64,000 nucleotides of DNA from Octopus sinensis (GCF_006345805.1 NC_043006.1:84258001-84322000), one strand, 5' to 3'. Shown: positions 26,990-40,771, counted from the first letter of the stretch. Notes: generated by a model not told the origin, from the sequence alone. A program made the numbers and translations.

Positions 26990-29172
26990 TGGAAATAGAG
27001 GGTGGCCAACAGGAGGAACTGATTCCAAATGCAGAAGAAAGTAAAGAATTTTGGGGAAGGCTGTGGAACAGGCCGGCGAGACACAAAGAAAACGCGGAGT
27101 GGCTAAGAAACTTGCAACTGTACCAAGACAAAAAGACGTCAGAATTAATCTATATACAGTGAAAATAAGTAAAAAAATAGCAAATTGGAAAGGACCAGGC
27201 CCAGATGGAGTACATGGCTATTGGCTGAAGAACTTTACACAGATGCATGAAAGGATCGCTGACTGCCTGCAGCAATGTCATGCTCCTTCCTAGATGACAA
27301 GTGGACGAACGCTGCTATGCCTCAAGGATTCCTTGAAAGGGAATTTGGCATCAAATTTACTATTAATGTGGAAGGTTTTGACCAGTGTCTTGGCGGAAGA
27401 GTTATACAACTATCTGGAAAGCAACAATCTACTTTCAGAAGAACAGAAAGGGTGCAGGAAACAATGTAAGGCAACAAAAGATCACTTGGTTGATAAAATG
27501 ATAATTAGAAATCGTAGACGCAGATTGACAGGACTGAATGTAGCATAGCTAGATTACAAAAAATCATATGACATGGTACCACACAGCAGGGTAAGTAAAA
27601 CAATGTGCATGTTTGGAATGGTAAAATCATGGAGAAAATGCTTAACGAAAGTATGAACCACTGGGATACTGAATTGATCGGAGGAAAAGTGAACATCAGA
27701 CTTGGAATATTCCATGGTTATGGCCATGACACCGCTCCATATGATACTACAAAAAGTTACAATTGCTTATGATTTGGGAAAAGGAAATGGTCAGATAAAT
27801 CATCTTCTTTTCATGGATGATATAAAGATTTATGCGAAAAGATTTTGAGGTATTTCTTCCAACTCGTTCTGATCCCAGTTTAAATTCCGCCGAGGTCGAC
27901 TTTGCCTTTCATCCTTTCAGAGTCGATAAAATAAATACCAGTTGAGTTCTGGGGTCGATGTAATTTGCGATAGAAAAATGTGCTATTTTGAAAATGAATC
28001 GAGGAAGATTTGAAAGAAGCCAGAGAACTGAAATTTGAAATAGGCAAGCAATGAAAGGGGCTTAGAAAGGACAGTGGTATAAGTACTTGGGAATACCGGA
28101 AGCAGAAGAAAATGAAAAAATGGAACAAATTACCGGTAGGGAGCACACGACGAGTGTCAGAAAATTATTGCAGTCAAAACTCAATTCTAAAAGTCTTATT
28201 GAAACAATAAATTCAAGAGCAGTACCCTTAATCAGATATGGAGTTGGAATTATAGACTGGACCAGAAACAATATAAAGAAACTTGACAGAAAAAAAATCT
28301 AGGAAGTTGTTGACGATGTATGGAGCCCATCATCCGAAAGCCGATATCAACCGGCTGTACTTGATGAGAGACCCGGGTGGAAGAAGCTTAACAGCAGTAG
28401 AGAATGTGTATAGATGGAAAGAAGTCTAGTAGAGTATTCAGTGAGCAGCACAGAAAATCTACTAAATACAGTTAATAGAGAACAAGTGATGAAGTGCGTA
28501 AGAGGAGAAAATAACAAGAATGAAATACAAAGAGAGCACGTCAGACAGATGGAAGAAAAACCTCTGCATGGCTAATTTTGGAGAGCCACTGAAGATGTAT
28601 GTGGAACAAAATTCTGGGATTGGTTAAAAAAGGGGCAATTAAAAAATTAAACAGATACAGTTCTATATTTAAGAAATGAGGAATTGTGTACATTATTTAC
28701 ATTATTCAAATAATTTACATTCGACGGATATTTGTCTTCATCTTGTTTACAACAAACAAGTGTTAACAACAAAGAAGATGAGGACAAATATCCGTCGAAT
28801 GTAAATAATGTAAATAATGTAAATAAAATTAAACAGAGCCTAATTGTAGCAGCCCAAGATCAAGCGATAAAAACAAAGCTTGAAATAGGAAGAATTTGGA
28901 GCATGCGAACAGTAAAGGTCGTGCCTATAATAACTATTGCGCTGAGAACAGTAAGCCAAGTAATAGACAAATGCCTGTTGGAAATTGAAGTAGAATGCCC
29001 AGTAAAGCTCCGACAGAAAGTTTGTCCCTTAAGGACATCAAAGATTATCAGGAGTGTGCTAAGCACTTGAAAGACTGCTGGAAACTTGTGGATACCTAAG
29101 GTTAAAGGTAACCCACTATCCACATAATTCCTACAATGAATAAGACTGAACCTGAGCCAAACCAAAATAATA
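26990..29172 (+). mobile_element. Decayed R4/Dong-clade non-LTR retrotransposon (RT and C-terminal region)
   Basis: WKGPGPDGVHGYWLK, LLSEEQKGCRK, DYKKSYDMVPH, INHLLFMDDIKIY, INSRAVPLIRYGVGIIDWT, HPKADINRLYL, LIVAAQDQAIKT. Many stops and frameshifts; ends in AATAATAA. Confidence 0.8.
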
Positions 29173-29774
29173 ATAACAAGAGCACTCAGAGAGCGCGAAC
29201 CTCCGCCAAGGCAACACCAAGGTCTTCTCAGTGATTAGCCGGAGATGATTTTTAAAATTGGAATATCTGAAATAAACTCGACTGCTCTTACAAAAGAGAA
29301 TGCTAAAAATGAACCCGACCGCTCTCAAAAATTAAGTTAAAAAAATGGAAAAATAATCCAGAATCCTTGTCCGGTACCTGATCAATCCCAATGGTAGTCA
29401 TGTTTGTAATATTGTATATGTGTCGTCTGCAGTGGGTACAGGGACATTTATCTCCATGAAGGCCTTTTTTAGTCTATCCACTGATTTAGTGTCTTTACGA
29501 CCATTAAGGTCTATAGTGAAACATCAGTGCGTGAAAGAAAACGGTGCCGTTAACGGAGGTTTAGCATCTTTGCGCACAACAGCGTGAATCCAAGAAGTAA
29601 AACTTCCTTCAAGGCAGTGCTAGAAATGCAATTGTCAAGTAGGTAAGCGGTTTTAAACAGGAACGATATATTCAAAATTGATAAAACTAAAAATTATCGA
29701 GGATAAATTGAATTATTATTGTGACTGAATACGTTAATGTTATTTAATTTCTGGACGGTTTTGCTGCGTTTGTT

Positions 29775-29832
<58 letters not shown>

Positions 29833-29836
<4 letters not shown>

Positions 29837-31046
29837 AATTATTGTATACAGTGCTCAGGTGCACTACAACTTGTCAAAAGTGCGTATAAAGTATATGCAG
29901 TAATGTACAAATATCTGGAAAGTGAACAGTGTATGAATCAGATACATGCTTGTGTGTGTATGGAGGGGAGAAAATTAGGTGTAGTGTTGGCGAATCTCAG
30001 GAAGCATGGAAGTTTTGAAGGATGCAGTGCCCGATAACTAACAACTGATGCCAGCAGTTTGTTCCATACTCCAGCAACTCTTAGCGTGAAAAAATGTTTC
30101 CGAAAGTCATGGGAGCTGTGCTGTTTTCTGACTTTGTAAACATGTCCACGGGTGTTAGACAGGTGGAGTTTGAAAAGGTGCTCAGAGTTGTTGTTTGTAA
30201 GATGGTTAATAATGTTATGGATGTTTGCCAAGTCAGCTGCCAGACGTCGGAGTTTCAATGTATCCATGCCCAGGGAAGTAAGGTGTTCAGAATACGGCAA
30301 ATGCCTGACGGAGGGTATTCTCTTGGTTGCACGTCGCTGAACGGTTTCCAGACGATTGATATCCTGGACAAGATAGGGGTTCCAGACCGGTCATGCAAAT
30401 TCCAGGTGAGGCTGCACCATAGCTATATAAAGCCTCAGATAGATAGCCGGGGAGCGGCTCACAAAGGACTTGGTAAGTGATGCCAAAATACCCTCAGCCT
30501 TCTTGGCAATTTTAGCAATGTGTTTTGTCCAACGCAAATTGTTGTCGACAATAATGCCCAGGTCAAGTTCACAAGAAGACTTTTTGAGATTAGTGTGGTG
30601 GAGGGAGTAAGTAGACGATGGGTTTTTCCTCCCAAAATGCATGGTGGTGCATTTGTCCACAGCCAGCTTGAGTTGCCAGTCCATGATCCATTGCTGCATT
30701 GTGTCCAGGTCTGATTGCAATAAAGATCTATAGTGTACAGGATCTGTCTTCTTTATTTCGAGGTACAGCTTGATGTCATCTGCATATTTCAGCACTGGCA
30801 TTCTTTAAGTTGGCATCTATGTCATTAACATATGCAACAAATAAAAGGGGGCCAAAAACAGATCCCTGTGGTACACCAGATGTCATCTTATAGGGTGAAG
30901 AGTACTGTTCTAGAACTGTGACAAACTCTTTTCGGCCGATAATGAAGGACTTCAACCAATTATAGAGATCATCTCTTACACCCATTGCTGAGAGTTTCAC
31001 CATAAGTCTTTTGTGTGGCACAGAATTAAAAGCCTTAGCAAAGTCT
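29833..31046 (-). mobile_element. 5'-truncated CR1/L2-group LINE (RT C-terminal half) with an (ATT)n tail
   Basis: SGVPQGSVFGPLLF, YADDIKLY, DLGIIVDNNL, TRGHVYKV...RKHFFTLRV. Frameshifted; 3' end abuts (AAT)n at 29777-29833. Confidence 0.9.
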
Positions 31047-31254
31047 TAGCAGTAGTTAGATTTCTTTATCCATCACTTTCTACTAAGATAGAGATGCGAG
31101 TAAAATTAATAATAGAGAAACAAAAATAAAACTTTGGAAATAGCAACGACACCATAACTTACGTGGAAACCATGATGTGCTTTCAAGGGAGATAATCAGA
31201 GAAAGACTTGAAAGGCAATGTAAGATCGTAATACTTCATGTAAAGTAAATACAA

Positions 31255-31460
31255 CAAATAATCCAGAATCCTTGTCCGGTACTGCATCGATTCCCAAATC
31301 TAATCAGTTCATGCCAGTCACGAAGTCAATCATCTCTGAAAGTTTCACCCGAATCCATCCAGCGGGTCTTGAGATACCTTGTCCACGGACAAACAAACAA
31401 ATAAACAAACACTACTGAAACTTATACCTCCGCTTTCGCTAAGGCGGATGTAATAATAAT
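31255..31460 (+). mobile_element. Helentron/DINE-like non-autonomous repeat, 3' part
   Basis: AATAATCCAGAATCCTTGTCCGGTAC is shared with 29350-29390; (AAAC)n; terminal hairpin CCGCTTTCGCTAAGGCGG. Confidence 0.45.
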
Positions 31461-31463
31461 AAT

Positions 31464-31680
31464 ATTCCTTTCTACTATAGGTACAAGGCCTGAAATTTTG
31501 CAGGAAGAGACTAGTCGAGTACATCAATCCCAGTGATCAACTGGTACTTATTTCATCGACCCCGAAAGGATGAATGGCAAAGTAGATCTAGGCGGAATTT
31601 GAACTGAGAACTTAAGCATGGACAAAATGCTGTCAAGCAATTTGTCCAGTGTGCTAACGATTGTGCCACCCCGTTGCCTT
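31464..31680 (-). mobile_element. SINE family A copy
   Basis: AACTGGTACTTATTTCATCGACCCCGAAAGGATGAA...GGAATTTGAAC. Confidence 0.8.
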
Positions 31681-31761
31681 AATGATAATGATAATGAGGA
31701 GGATGATGACGACGACGACGACGACAATAATAACAATAACAATAGCAACATCAACAGCAGT

Positions 31762-32092
31762 GGAGGTGCAATGGCCCAGTGGTTAGGGCAGCGGACTCGC
31801 GGTTTCGATTCCCAGACCGGGCGTTGTGTGTGTTTATTGAGCAAAAACACCTAAAGCTCCACGAGGCTCCGGCAGGGGGTGGTGGCGACCCCTGTTGTAC
31901 TCTTCCTGTTTCTTCTTGTTTCTTGTCCCCGACTTCCTACGCAACCGCTGAGCCTGGATGCGCATTCATCCATCCTTCAATACTCTCGGTGTCGGGGGTC
32001 AACCTGCTTTCTCTTCTGCGGATCTTACGAATAGCAAAGGACCACGTATCGGACTTCTCCCACTACAGACGAAGACAGCTTCGCTCAACAAA
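31762..32092 (+). mobile_element. SINE family C copy
   Basis: GGAGGTGCAATGGCCCAGTGGTTAGGGCAGCGG...; homologous to 9233-9558. Confidence 0.85.
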
Positions 32093-32639
32093 CAAACAAA
32101 CAAACATCAGCAGCAATAATAATTGTAATGATTTCTTTATTTGCCACTGAGAAACGGATGATACATTACGACAAAGTGTTGGGGAATTACATAAAAACGG
32201 ATGAGGAAAAACAAATTATAAGTGAAAATAAAACAATGGAATAATGATATCAATCTGTTTCCGTGTCACAAGAAACTTGGTGCTTATCTACAAATGGAAA
32301 ATAATCGGAAATAATATCTCTCCGCACCCTTCTCATCCTCTAGATTAAATGCTGAAATACGGCACGTGGTTGTCTTAGCGACGTAGAGAGCGGATATTGC
32401 TCTGCATGTCAGAAGATTCACTCGTGGACCCCACAGTGCCCCCGCTGCTTATATAGGAGAAATTTATCCTTACTCCTTTTTCTCGTGATATCCGAAAAAA
32501 GAAAAAGAAAAACAAAAAACAACAAACAATATGCACAGGTTGCCATATTACAAAATACGCCCAAGGAACCACGTTACTAATAAATTTTGCTAGAAATAGT
32601 AGATAAGCTTCCCTGTTTGTTCTCACTACTGCATGACAA

Positions 32640-34025
32640 CCGGTGTTTAATATGCAAAGGTGGTAAAAAAATTCTATCACTTTTCACAACTGGTTTGCGC
32701 ATGATGTGTTTTCTTTGCTCAATTTCATCTCGGATCGGCCAATTCTTGTGTACATACTATTCAGCTCTTGCTCTGGAATTCCATAAGCACAGGAAGCAGC
32801 AAAATTTAGTATAGCCAAGCTGAAGGCCAGTAAGTATGGCCACAACCTTAAAATCGGCACAAATATGCCAGGTATTGTCAGCATAATGTATGCTTGTTAG
32901 AATTGCTTTCAGATTTTCATATGATTCTTTCATGGTTGTGCTATAAGCTATGAGAACAGAAGGCAGAGTGTTACCATTGTGTAACAGAACAGCTTTGATG
33001 CTGTCCTTGGATGCATCTATGAAAAGTCGCCAGTTGGTTTTATCATATGATATTTCCAGTTGCTCAAAAAGTTCTGTGATGTCATCCTTCATGGTGAATA
33101 ATGCAAGCAAATCCTCTGTACGTTTTCTGTACAGTGTTATCTTCACTCCTTTCTCAAGAAGATTACGTTCTTGAAGCATTGATGCCAAAAACTCACTTTT
33201 CTCTTTGGTTAAATAGAGATCCCTGTACAAGTCATTTAGAGCCTCTTGAGAAAATGGTGTTGGTTAATTCTCGCTTTCTGGATCATTGGGCTCCACACAT
33301 TCACCACTGGAATGTTCATCAGCACTGCTGGAACTCTGCATTTCTTGATCTGGAGGTTTGGGCACAGGTAAATTTTCTGAGTGCTCTACTGGGCGCATTG
33401 CTGATTGCAAATTTGGGTTAAACAATGTGTTTCTTTTTCTTTGGTGTAGTACAGCCTGTAAAGTTATGGTGACAGAAATAGCAATCATTAGAGTGATCTT
33501 TCTGCTCACACCAAATCATTGGCACACCAAACTTCATGTGAACATTTTTTCCTGCATACCAGGCACACGATGTTTTCCCACATGAGGAGTCCATGACTTA
33601 TCCTGGTCTCCTAAGTAACAATTGAAGTACACCTTGTATATTTTCTTGATATGGCATGTAATACTGCCCTTTTCTTTAGCAAAAGTCAATTCCCACAGAT
33701 ATAACAGAATCTGTTTGGATCATTTTTTCAGTCTTGCACTCATTGTTGAAAGCAAATAAGATCTGAAAGATAAAAAATAATATAAAACACAAGCTTTGAA
33801 TCACATTGTAGGTGTTTCTAAGATTGATCGCTAGCCCTGGGTTGAAACCCATTTTAGAATGCGGAAGAGAATTTTATTTAATAATAATGACAAAATAATA
33901 ATAATGACAATTCTGTAGAAACCATGCCTAATTCAACAAAAAGAAGGCCAGAAATGGATTTCCCATGTCATTTTGCATATAAAAATGGCCACAGATCTCC
34001 TGCACATTTTTGAGTGTTACACAGT
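32640..34025 (-). mobile_element. Decayed Chapaev3-like (CMC) DNA transposon, 3'-truncated
   Basis: N-terminal FCYICG..YFNCYLGDQDKSWTPH; WRLFIDASKDSIKAVLLHNGN; GYTKFCCFLCLWNSR; LPPLHIK. 5' terminus ACTGTGTAAC near 34025. Confidence 0.75.
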
Positions 34026-34124
34026 AGATTCCTATTCATAAGGTAAGTTGTGTCGTTACAGCTATTCATGTCTCAACTTGCAAGTTTGACAAAATCATAG
34101 TACGGTTCTTAAGTAAATAGCTTT

Positions 34125-34635
34125 ACATGGCTGTCTTGTTAAGAAGCTCGCCTTGCAATTCGTTTCGGGTTCAGTTCCACTGCGTAGCACCTTGGGCAAG
34201 TACTTTCTACTTTAGCCCCGAGCCGATCAATGGCTTGTGAGTGAATTTGATTGAAGGAGACTCTGTGGAAACCTGTTGCATACATACATACATACATATA
34301 TGTATATACTCATACTTACATATACATATATATATATGTATATATATATATATACGCATACATACACACACACACATAGACACACACACGCACACACACA
34401 CACACACACACACATATATTTACATATATATGTATGTAAATGTGTGTTTTGTTTATGTGTGTTTTTGTGTTCGTACTTTTCCTCATCTCCCGCTGGACAA
34501 TCGGTATTGGTTTGTTTACGTCCCATAGCTTAGCTGTTTAGCAAATGAGAGCGATGGGATAAGTAACTGACTTAAAAAAAAGGTAATTAGTAGAGGGCGA
34601 AGTTTTCCAACTAAACCCTTCAAGGTGGTGTCCCA
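34125..34635 (+). mobile_element. SINE family B copy (diverged)
   Basis: GGGTTCAGTTCCACTGCGTAGCACCTTGGGCAAGT, internal microsatellite, tail ending AAGGTGGTGTCCCA. Confidence 0.75.
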
Positions 34636-35059
34636 AAAACTAATGCCGCCTGCGCAAAATCCTTTGATTGGGTGTGACGCCACCCCTCCTGCGCATGCGT
34701 GAAACTTTTTGCTCCCGTTGGCTGCGTCAGTTCCCAGTTGTTGCGTCAAGTATACAAACTTGTAGTGCGCACTCGTCGAATTTTCGTTTTTACGCAAGAT
34801 GCCGAATGCAGAGGGCGGTCCTATGTATGAAACAAGATAAAATATTGTCTCCAAAGGCTCTGAAGACTACCGAGCAAATACAAAGTCCCGGGCTCAAACC
34901 TGCTGTGTGGCACCTCACCTTGGGCTGATTGTCTTCTGCTATTACTTCAAGTAAATCCAAGCATTGTGAGTCAAATAGGGGATGTGGCAGCTGCTTGATG
35001 CAGAAATGCGCCCGCTAGACTCTGCTAGTGATGCAGACAGACAGCCTTCACACACACAC

Positions 35060-35410
35060 ACACTCTGTAAGTGGGGAGCACCCCGTCGGTTACGACGACC
35101 ACGGTCCCAGCTGAGGCGATCAACGGAACAGCTAGCACGTGAAATTAACGTGCAAGTGGCTGAGCATTCCACAGACACGTGTACCCTTAACGTAGTTCTC
35201 AAGGAGATTCAGTGTGACACAGAGTATGACACAGAGTGTGACAAGGCGGGACCTTTGAAATACAGGTACAACTCATTTTAGCCAGCTGAGTGGACTGGGA
35301 CAACGTGAAATAAAGTGTCTTGCTCAAGGATACAATGCGTCGCTGGGAATTGAACTAACGACTTTACGATCGTTAGCCGAATGCCCTAACCACTAAGCCA
35401 CGCGCCTTCA
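35060..35410 (-). mobile_element. tRNA-derived SINE family D
   Basis: Minus strand GAAGGCGCGTGGCTTAGTGGTTAGGGC...AGTTCAATTCCC...GTATCCTTGAGCAAGACACTTT. Confidence 0.8.
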
Positions 35411-35789
35411 CACACTCACACACGCACACACTGCGTCACGATGATACTGATAGCACTTGGGTGTTGCATTAAAACCACAATTGTCACTGGAGTACTCAAC
35501 CACACATGCTGCTATTCATTGAGTTAGGAAGTCGTTCTCACTGAACACTTATTACAAGCATCGCCGAAACAAACGGACTTCTGCATACTCCGGCACACTT
35601 TCATTTTATCCGATGTCTACTATAAAGTTTCTATTGTCTTGACTAAATCGCATTTTTGCGCATACATAAATGCACGCACAATACATACATACATACATAC
35701 ACACATATATACATACATACATATATATATACATAACTCAGATAAACACAGAAGAATATTTGTATATGTATGATCATATATTTCTTCAT

Positions 35790-35860
<71 letters not shown>

Positions 35861-35965
35861 ATATGTGTGTGTGTGTGGTGTGTGTGTGTGTATATATATA
35901 TATGTATATATATATATATTATATGTATATATATGTGTGTATATATATATATATGTATATATATG

Positions 35966-36024
<59 letters not shown>

Positions 36025-36112
36025 GTGTGTATATATATATATATATTATATATATATATATGTATATATATATATGTATATATATATATGTATATGTATA
36101 TATATATGTATA

Positions 36113-36163
<51 letters not shown>

Positions 36164-36173
36164 CTATATATAT

Positions 36174-36225
<52 letters not shown>

Positions 36226-36229
36226 ATAT

Positions 36230-36684
36230 ATAAACGGCAGCTTGTCTGTCTGTGTGTCTGTGTGGCTGTCAGGTTGTACCCTCACCCTGACCACGGCTTT
36301 CAACCGATTCTGATGAAACTTGACACACACATAGCCCAATGTCATAATTCAAAACTAAAACGCAGCGAAAATTTTGAAAAGTTCCCCCAGTTCTGAAAAA
36401 ATCGATAAATTCGACATGGGGTAGAGAATCTAAGCTTTTATATGCAACACATTTTCTGGGCTGTACGTGGGCTGTTCACGCGTTGGGAGGCACAATGATG
36501 TTTCCTGTTTTCGCCCAAGGGGACAGCTAGGATATTATCGTATACACAGAAGTATTCGAGTGAAGAGAAGACATTGCAACCTACACATGCGCCTTCGTTC
36601 CTAGAGGGAAAAGGACTAGATTGGGATTAGTCGTTGCCTACTAGGGGCTCTACATACCCGAGCAACGCCGGGCTATGCTGCTAG
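36230..36684 (+). mobile_element. Non-autonomous Helitron
   Basis: 5' part near-identical to the 6215 copy; 3' CCCGAGCAACGCCGGGCTATGCTGCTAG|T. Confidence 0.85.
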
Positions 36685-36719
<35 letters not shown>

Positions 36720-36929
36720 ATTATATATAAGTGAGCAAGAACACACACGAAAACGAAAGTGTCGCTGAAGTGGTCATAGATGTGTGAGGAAAGATTTCCG
36801 GACAATGGACATGAGTTAAAGTAATAAAAGAACAGTAATAAACGATTGAAGAAAAAGATATATAATGCGTGTGTTTATTTGGGCTCAAAAAAAAAGGACC
36901 GTCCCGAAATTCAACAATATATATATAGA

Positions 36930-36958
<29 letters not shown>

Positions 36959-36960
<2 letters not shown>

Positions 36961-38227
36961 ACATGTATTTTTATTTTTGCAGTTTTATTGTTTGTCTATG
37001 CCAGAAAAAAGGCTTTTTTGTTCGTCCTCTTGTGTTGTTTTTGTACATGTATTTAATTTGCAGTCTTATTGTTACCGTCTTGTTTGTGTTCGTACTCATT
37101 GTGCCCCGCTGCTTGAAATTTTATTTTATTCTCTCGCAGGAAGGCCTATTGATTAGTGTTCGTTATGCCTTCGAAAAACATGCCTGACTCCTCTAGCGAC
37201 AGCTGATGACGGGGGGTTTTGTCCTTGTGTAACCTGTCTGTATTGTTTTCGTTTTCCGTTTTCTTGTTTTTTGTTTTTTGGCTTTTCTGTTTCTACGTCT
37301 TATTGGATGTCCTTGACTTCCGTATAATTATTATTATGCATGTATATACATTGTAGATGTAGGTACGTACATATATGTTGTAGATGCATATATTTTTATT
37401 ATCTCCTATTGTCTGACAGCGCCCCGCATCAGGTTCGTCCGATTCGTCGTTCGATCCACTTCTTGGTCCCCTTTTTTATATAATATATTATATTGAAGAT
37501 GCGGTACTCTCTCCCTTTGCTTTAACCTCTTCAATCTTTCTCCCTCCCCTCCTCATCTCTCTTCGCCGCGTGTCCCCTCCTCCTTCCTCTTCCTTGCTCA
37601 TAAACAAAATTCCTTTACACGTGCGTTACCCACTATTGAAAAGACTGCCTCCACGGCCTGCTACTACACTTTCGTCCTTGCCAGCAAAAAGGCTTCTTCG
37701 TTCGTCCCTTGTGTGGTTAATTTCCTGTATAGTATTATTGTTATTTCTCGTTTTGTAACTAATTGCTACTTTGTTACATGTATTTTTATTTTTGCAGTTT
37801 TATTGTTGTCTATGCCAGAAAAAAGGCTTTTTTGTTCGTCCTCTTGTGTTTGTTTTGTACATGAGTTTATTTTGCAGTCTATTGTTACGTCTTGTTTGTG
37901 TTCGTACTCATTTGCCGCTGCTGAAATTTTATTTTAATTCTCTCGCAGGAAGGCCCTATTGGATTAGTGTTCTGTTATGCCTTCGAAAAATGCCTGACTC
38001 CTCTAGCGACAGCTGATGACGGGGGTTTTGTCCTTGTGTAACCTGTCCTGTATTTGGTTTTCGTTTCCGTTTTCGTTTTTTGTTTTTTGGCTTTTTCTGT
38101 TCTACGTCTTATTGTGATGTCCTGTACTTCCGTATAATTATTTATATATGCATGTTATATATAATTGTAGATGTAGGTACGTACATATATGTTTGTATGT
38201 ATGAGTATATTTTTATTTATCTCCTAT
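36959..38227 (+). repeat. ~450-bp direct duplication (36959-37410 / 37774-38227) of a pLTR-like repeat
   Basis: The two copies differ mainly by 1-bp indels, with a garbled partial third copy between them. Confidence 0.8.
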
Positions 38228-38250
38228 ATATATATATATATATATAGCTT

Positions 38251-38300
38251 TGCATCGGCCGGGAACTGAACTCGAGCCGCCCGCGTGGCAGGCGAGCATT
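38251..38300 (-). pseudogene. 5'-truncated tRNA-Gly(GCC) fragment
   Basis: Minus strand AATGCTCGCCTGCCACGCGGGCGGCTCGAGTTCAGTTCCCGGCCGATGCA matches the metazoan tRNA-Gly-GCC 3' two-thirds. T-arm is mutated; 5' acceptor strand and most of the D arm are missing. Confidence 0.85.
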
Positions 38301-38519
38301 ATATGTGGGGTGTGTTCAAAAAGTATCCGACGTTAATTTTTCCCGCCAAAACTAATGCTATGTGGGCAACAACTTTTCCATGAGAAATAATGTACCCTTC
38401 GTGCACATGTTCGAAAATAAGTCTCGTCAAATCCTGGCAGTTACACTTGAGTATAGACGTCTAGAGCACGCTCGTCCGATATTGCTTGTATACTACGCAC
38501 ACACACACACACACTCGGG

Positions 38520-38578
<59 letters not shown>

Positions 38579-38760
38579 CACTGAATAGCTTATGACGAAA
38601 CCATGGTATGCTTCTGACTCTTAATCATGTCATAATAATGACTTTTATGACTTTTATTACTACCTCAATCCATCTAAATGTATATATCTGTCGTTACCTT
38701 TCATAAAAAGCCATTTTTTTACTTACAATGTGCATTTTCGTTGAATTTTTCATACCACCG

Positions 38761-38810
<50 letters not shown>

Positions 38811-39174
38811 TATATATTATATATATATATATAATATATATATATATTGAGCTGCTGGGAGCTGGAAGGTACTTTCATCCTTTTTCATCCAATATAGAGA
38901 TAAGTCCCTCTCCTCCATGTGATCGGCTTGAAACATTAACATTTTAACTTTCTTTTTCTTAACATGAAGACAATGTTTAATACACAAATAAGGAAAATCT
39001 ATCTACCAATGCAGTGTTGAGCACTCATTCCCGTTGTTCGACATTTACATACATATACATACATACATATATACATACATACATACATACTTACATACAT
39101 ATATACATACATACATACATACATACATACATACATACATACATACATACATACATACATAACATAACATAACA

Positions 39175-39365
39175 TATAGGGATAATTCACAAAAATAAAG
39201 GCGAAGACAGGTGGTGTAGACAACAAACAGATGTATTAGTATAACTCTCGGGAAGTGGAAAAAAGTCTTTAACATTTCGAGCCTACGCTCTTCCACAGAA
39301 AGGAACACAGAAAGAAACAAGGAGAGAAATAAAGAATGTGTAGTGGCTAGCGATCTATCATGGCG
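39175..39365 (-). mobile_element. Penelope-like pLTR with hammerhead-like motif (CUGUGGA core)
   Basis: Homologous to 3600-3790; motif at 39267-39302. Confidence 0.75.
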
Positions 39366-39383
39366 AATATATATATATATATA

Positions 39384-39431
<48 letters not shown>

Positions 39432-39616
39432 TACAGAGAGAGAGACTACACACACACATACATACATATATATATATGTCTGTGTGTGTGTGTATATACA
39501 TACATACATACATACATTTATACATATATATATATATATATTATATATATATATATAATATATATATATATTTGCATGTATGTATATAAATGTATCTAAT
39601 AGAGAATTAAATCTAC

Positions 39617-39671
<55 letters not shown>

Positions 39672-40312
39672 ATATATATATACATGTACATATGGAAGAT
39701 TTTTTCCTGTTTAACCTTCGCTGCAATACAGAACGGAATAAACAAATCATCAAGCTGCATATATTATGGCTAAAGAAGCGAGAGAACAAACATGCCATCA
39801 TAAACAAAAGAAAGAGGTAAAGAAATAAAATCGTATTTTTGGAAAGCAATGAGCAAAATAAACAAAATAGAAACGAATGTAAAGAATAGAGAATATGTGT
39901 AGGAGGTTGATTTCTTGATGGTAAGTGAATCTCTTACGCACTGAAATATCGTAATAGATGAGAAAGAAGCACTAAGGCTGTGTATACGAGTCTCTGTTGC
40001 CAACAGACAAACTTTCCAATCGGGCTTATGTAATGTAATGAATATAATGTAATGTATATTAGGAATTGTGGCTGCGAAAGAGTTACGAGTGTGTATGGGT
40101 ATGTGCATGTGAGTGTGTGTGTGTGTGAGAGAGAGATACATGGGGTGGGGTGGATGAGAAATAGATAGAGAGAAAGACAGGGATAGAGCGAGAAGATCTG
40201 CGTGCTTATGTACTCAACGTCATAGAAGTAGCTTGTTTTCTCATAAATAATGAACAGTGAACGATTATACATACATACATACAATCATACATACAATCAT
40301 ACATGCATGCAT

Positions 40313-40370
<58 letters not shown>

Positions 40371-40737
40371 GTATCTATATATTTACATACATATATATAT
40401 ACTTATACATAAATATATACATACATATACATACATACATATTTATATATATATATATGTATATAAATATGTGTGTGTGTGTAGACGCAGGCATGGGTGT
40501 GTGGAAACAAGCTTGCTTTCCAACAACATGGTCCCTGGTTCAGTCCCACTGCGTGACACCTATAGCTAGGGCCGACCAAGGCTTTGGTAGTCAGAAACTG
40601 AAAGAAACCCGTTGTATATATACATATACATACATACATATTTATATATATATATATATTATATATATATATGTATGTATGTATATGTATATCTATATGT
40701 ATATATATATGTATATGTATATGTATATATATATATG

Positions 40738-40771
<34 letters not shown>

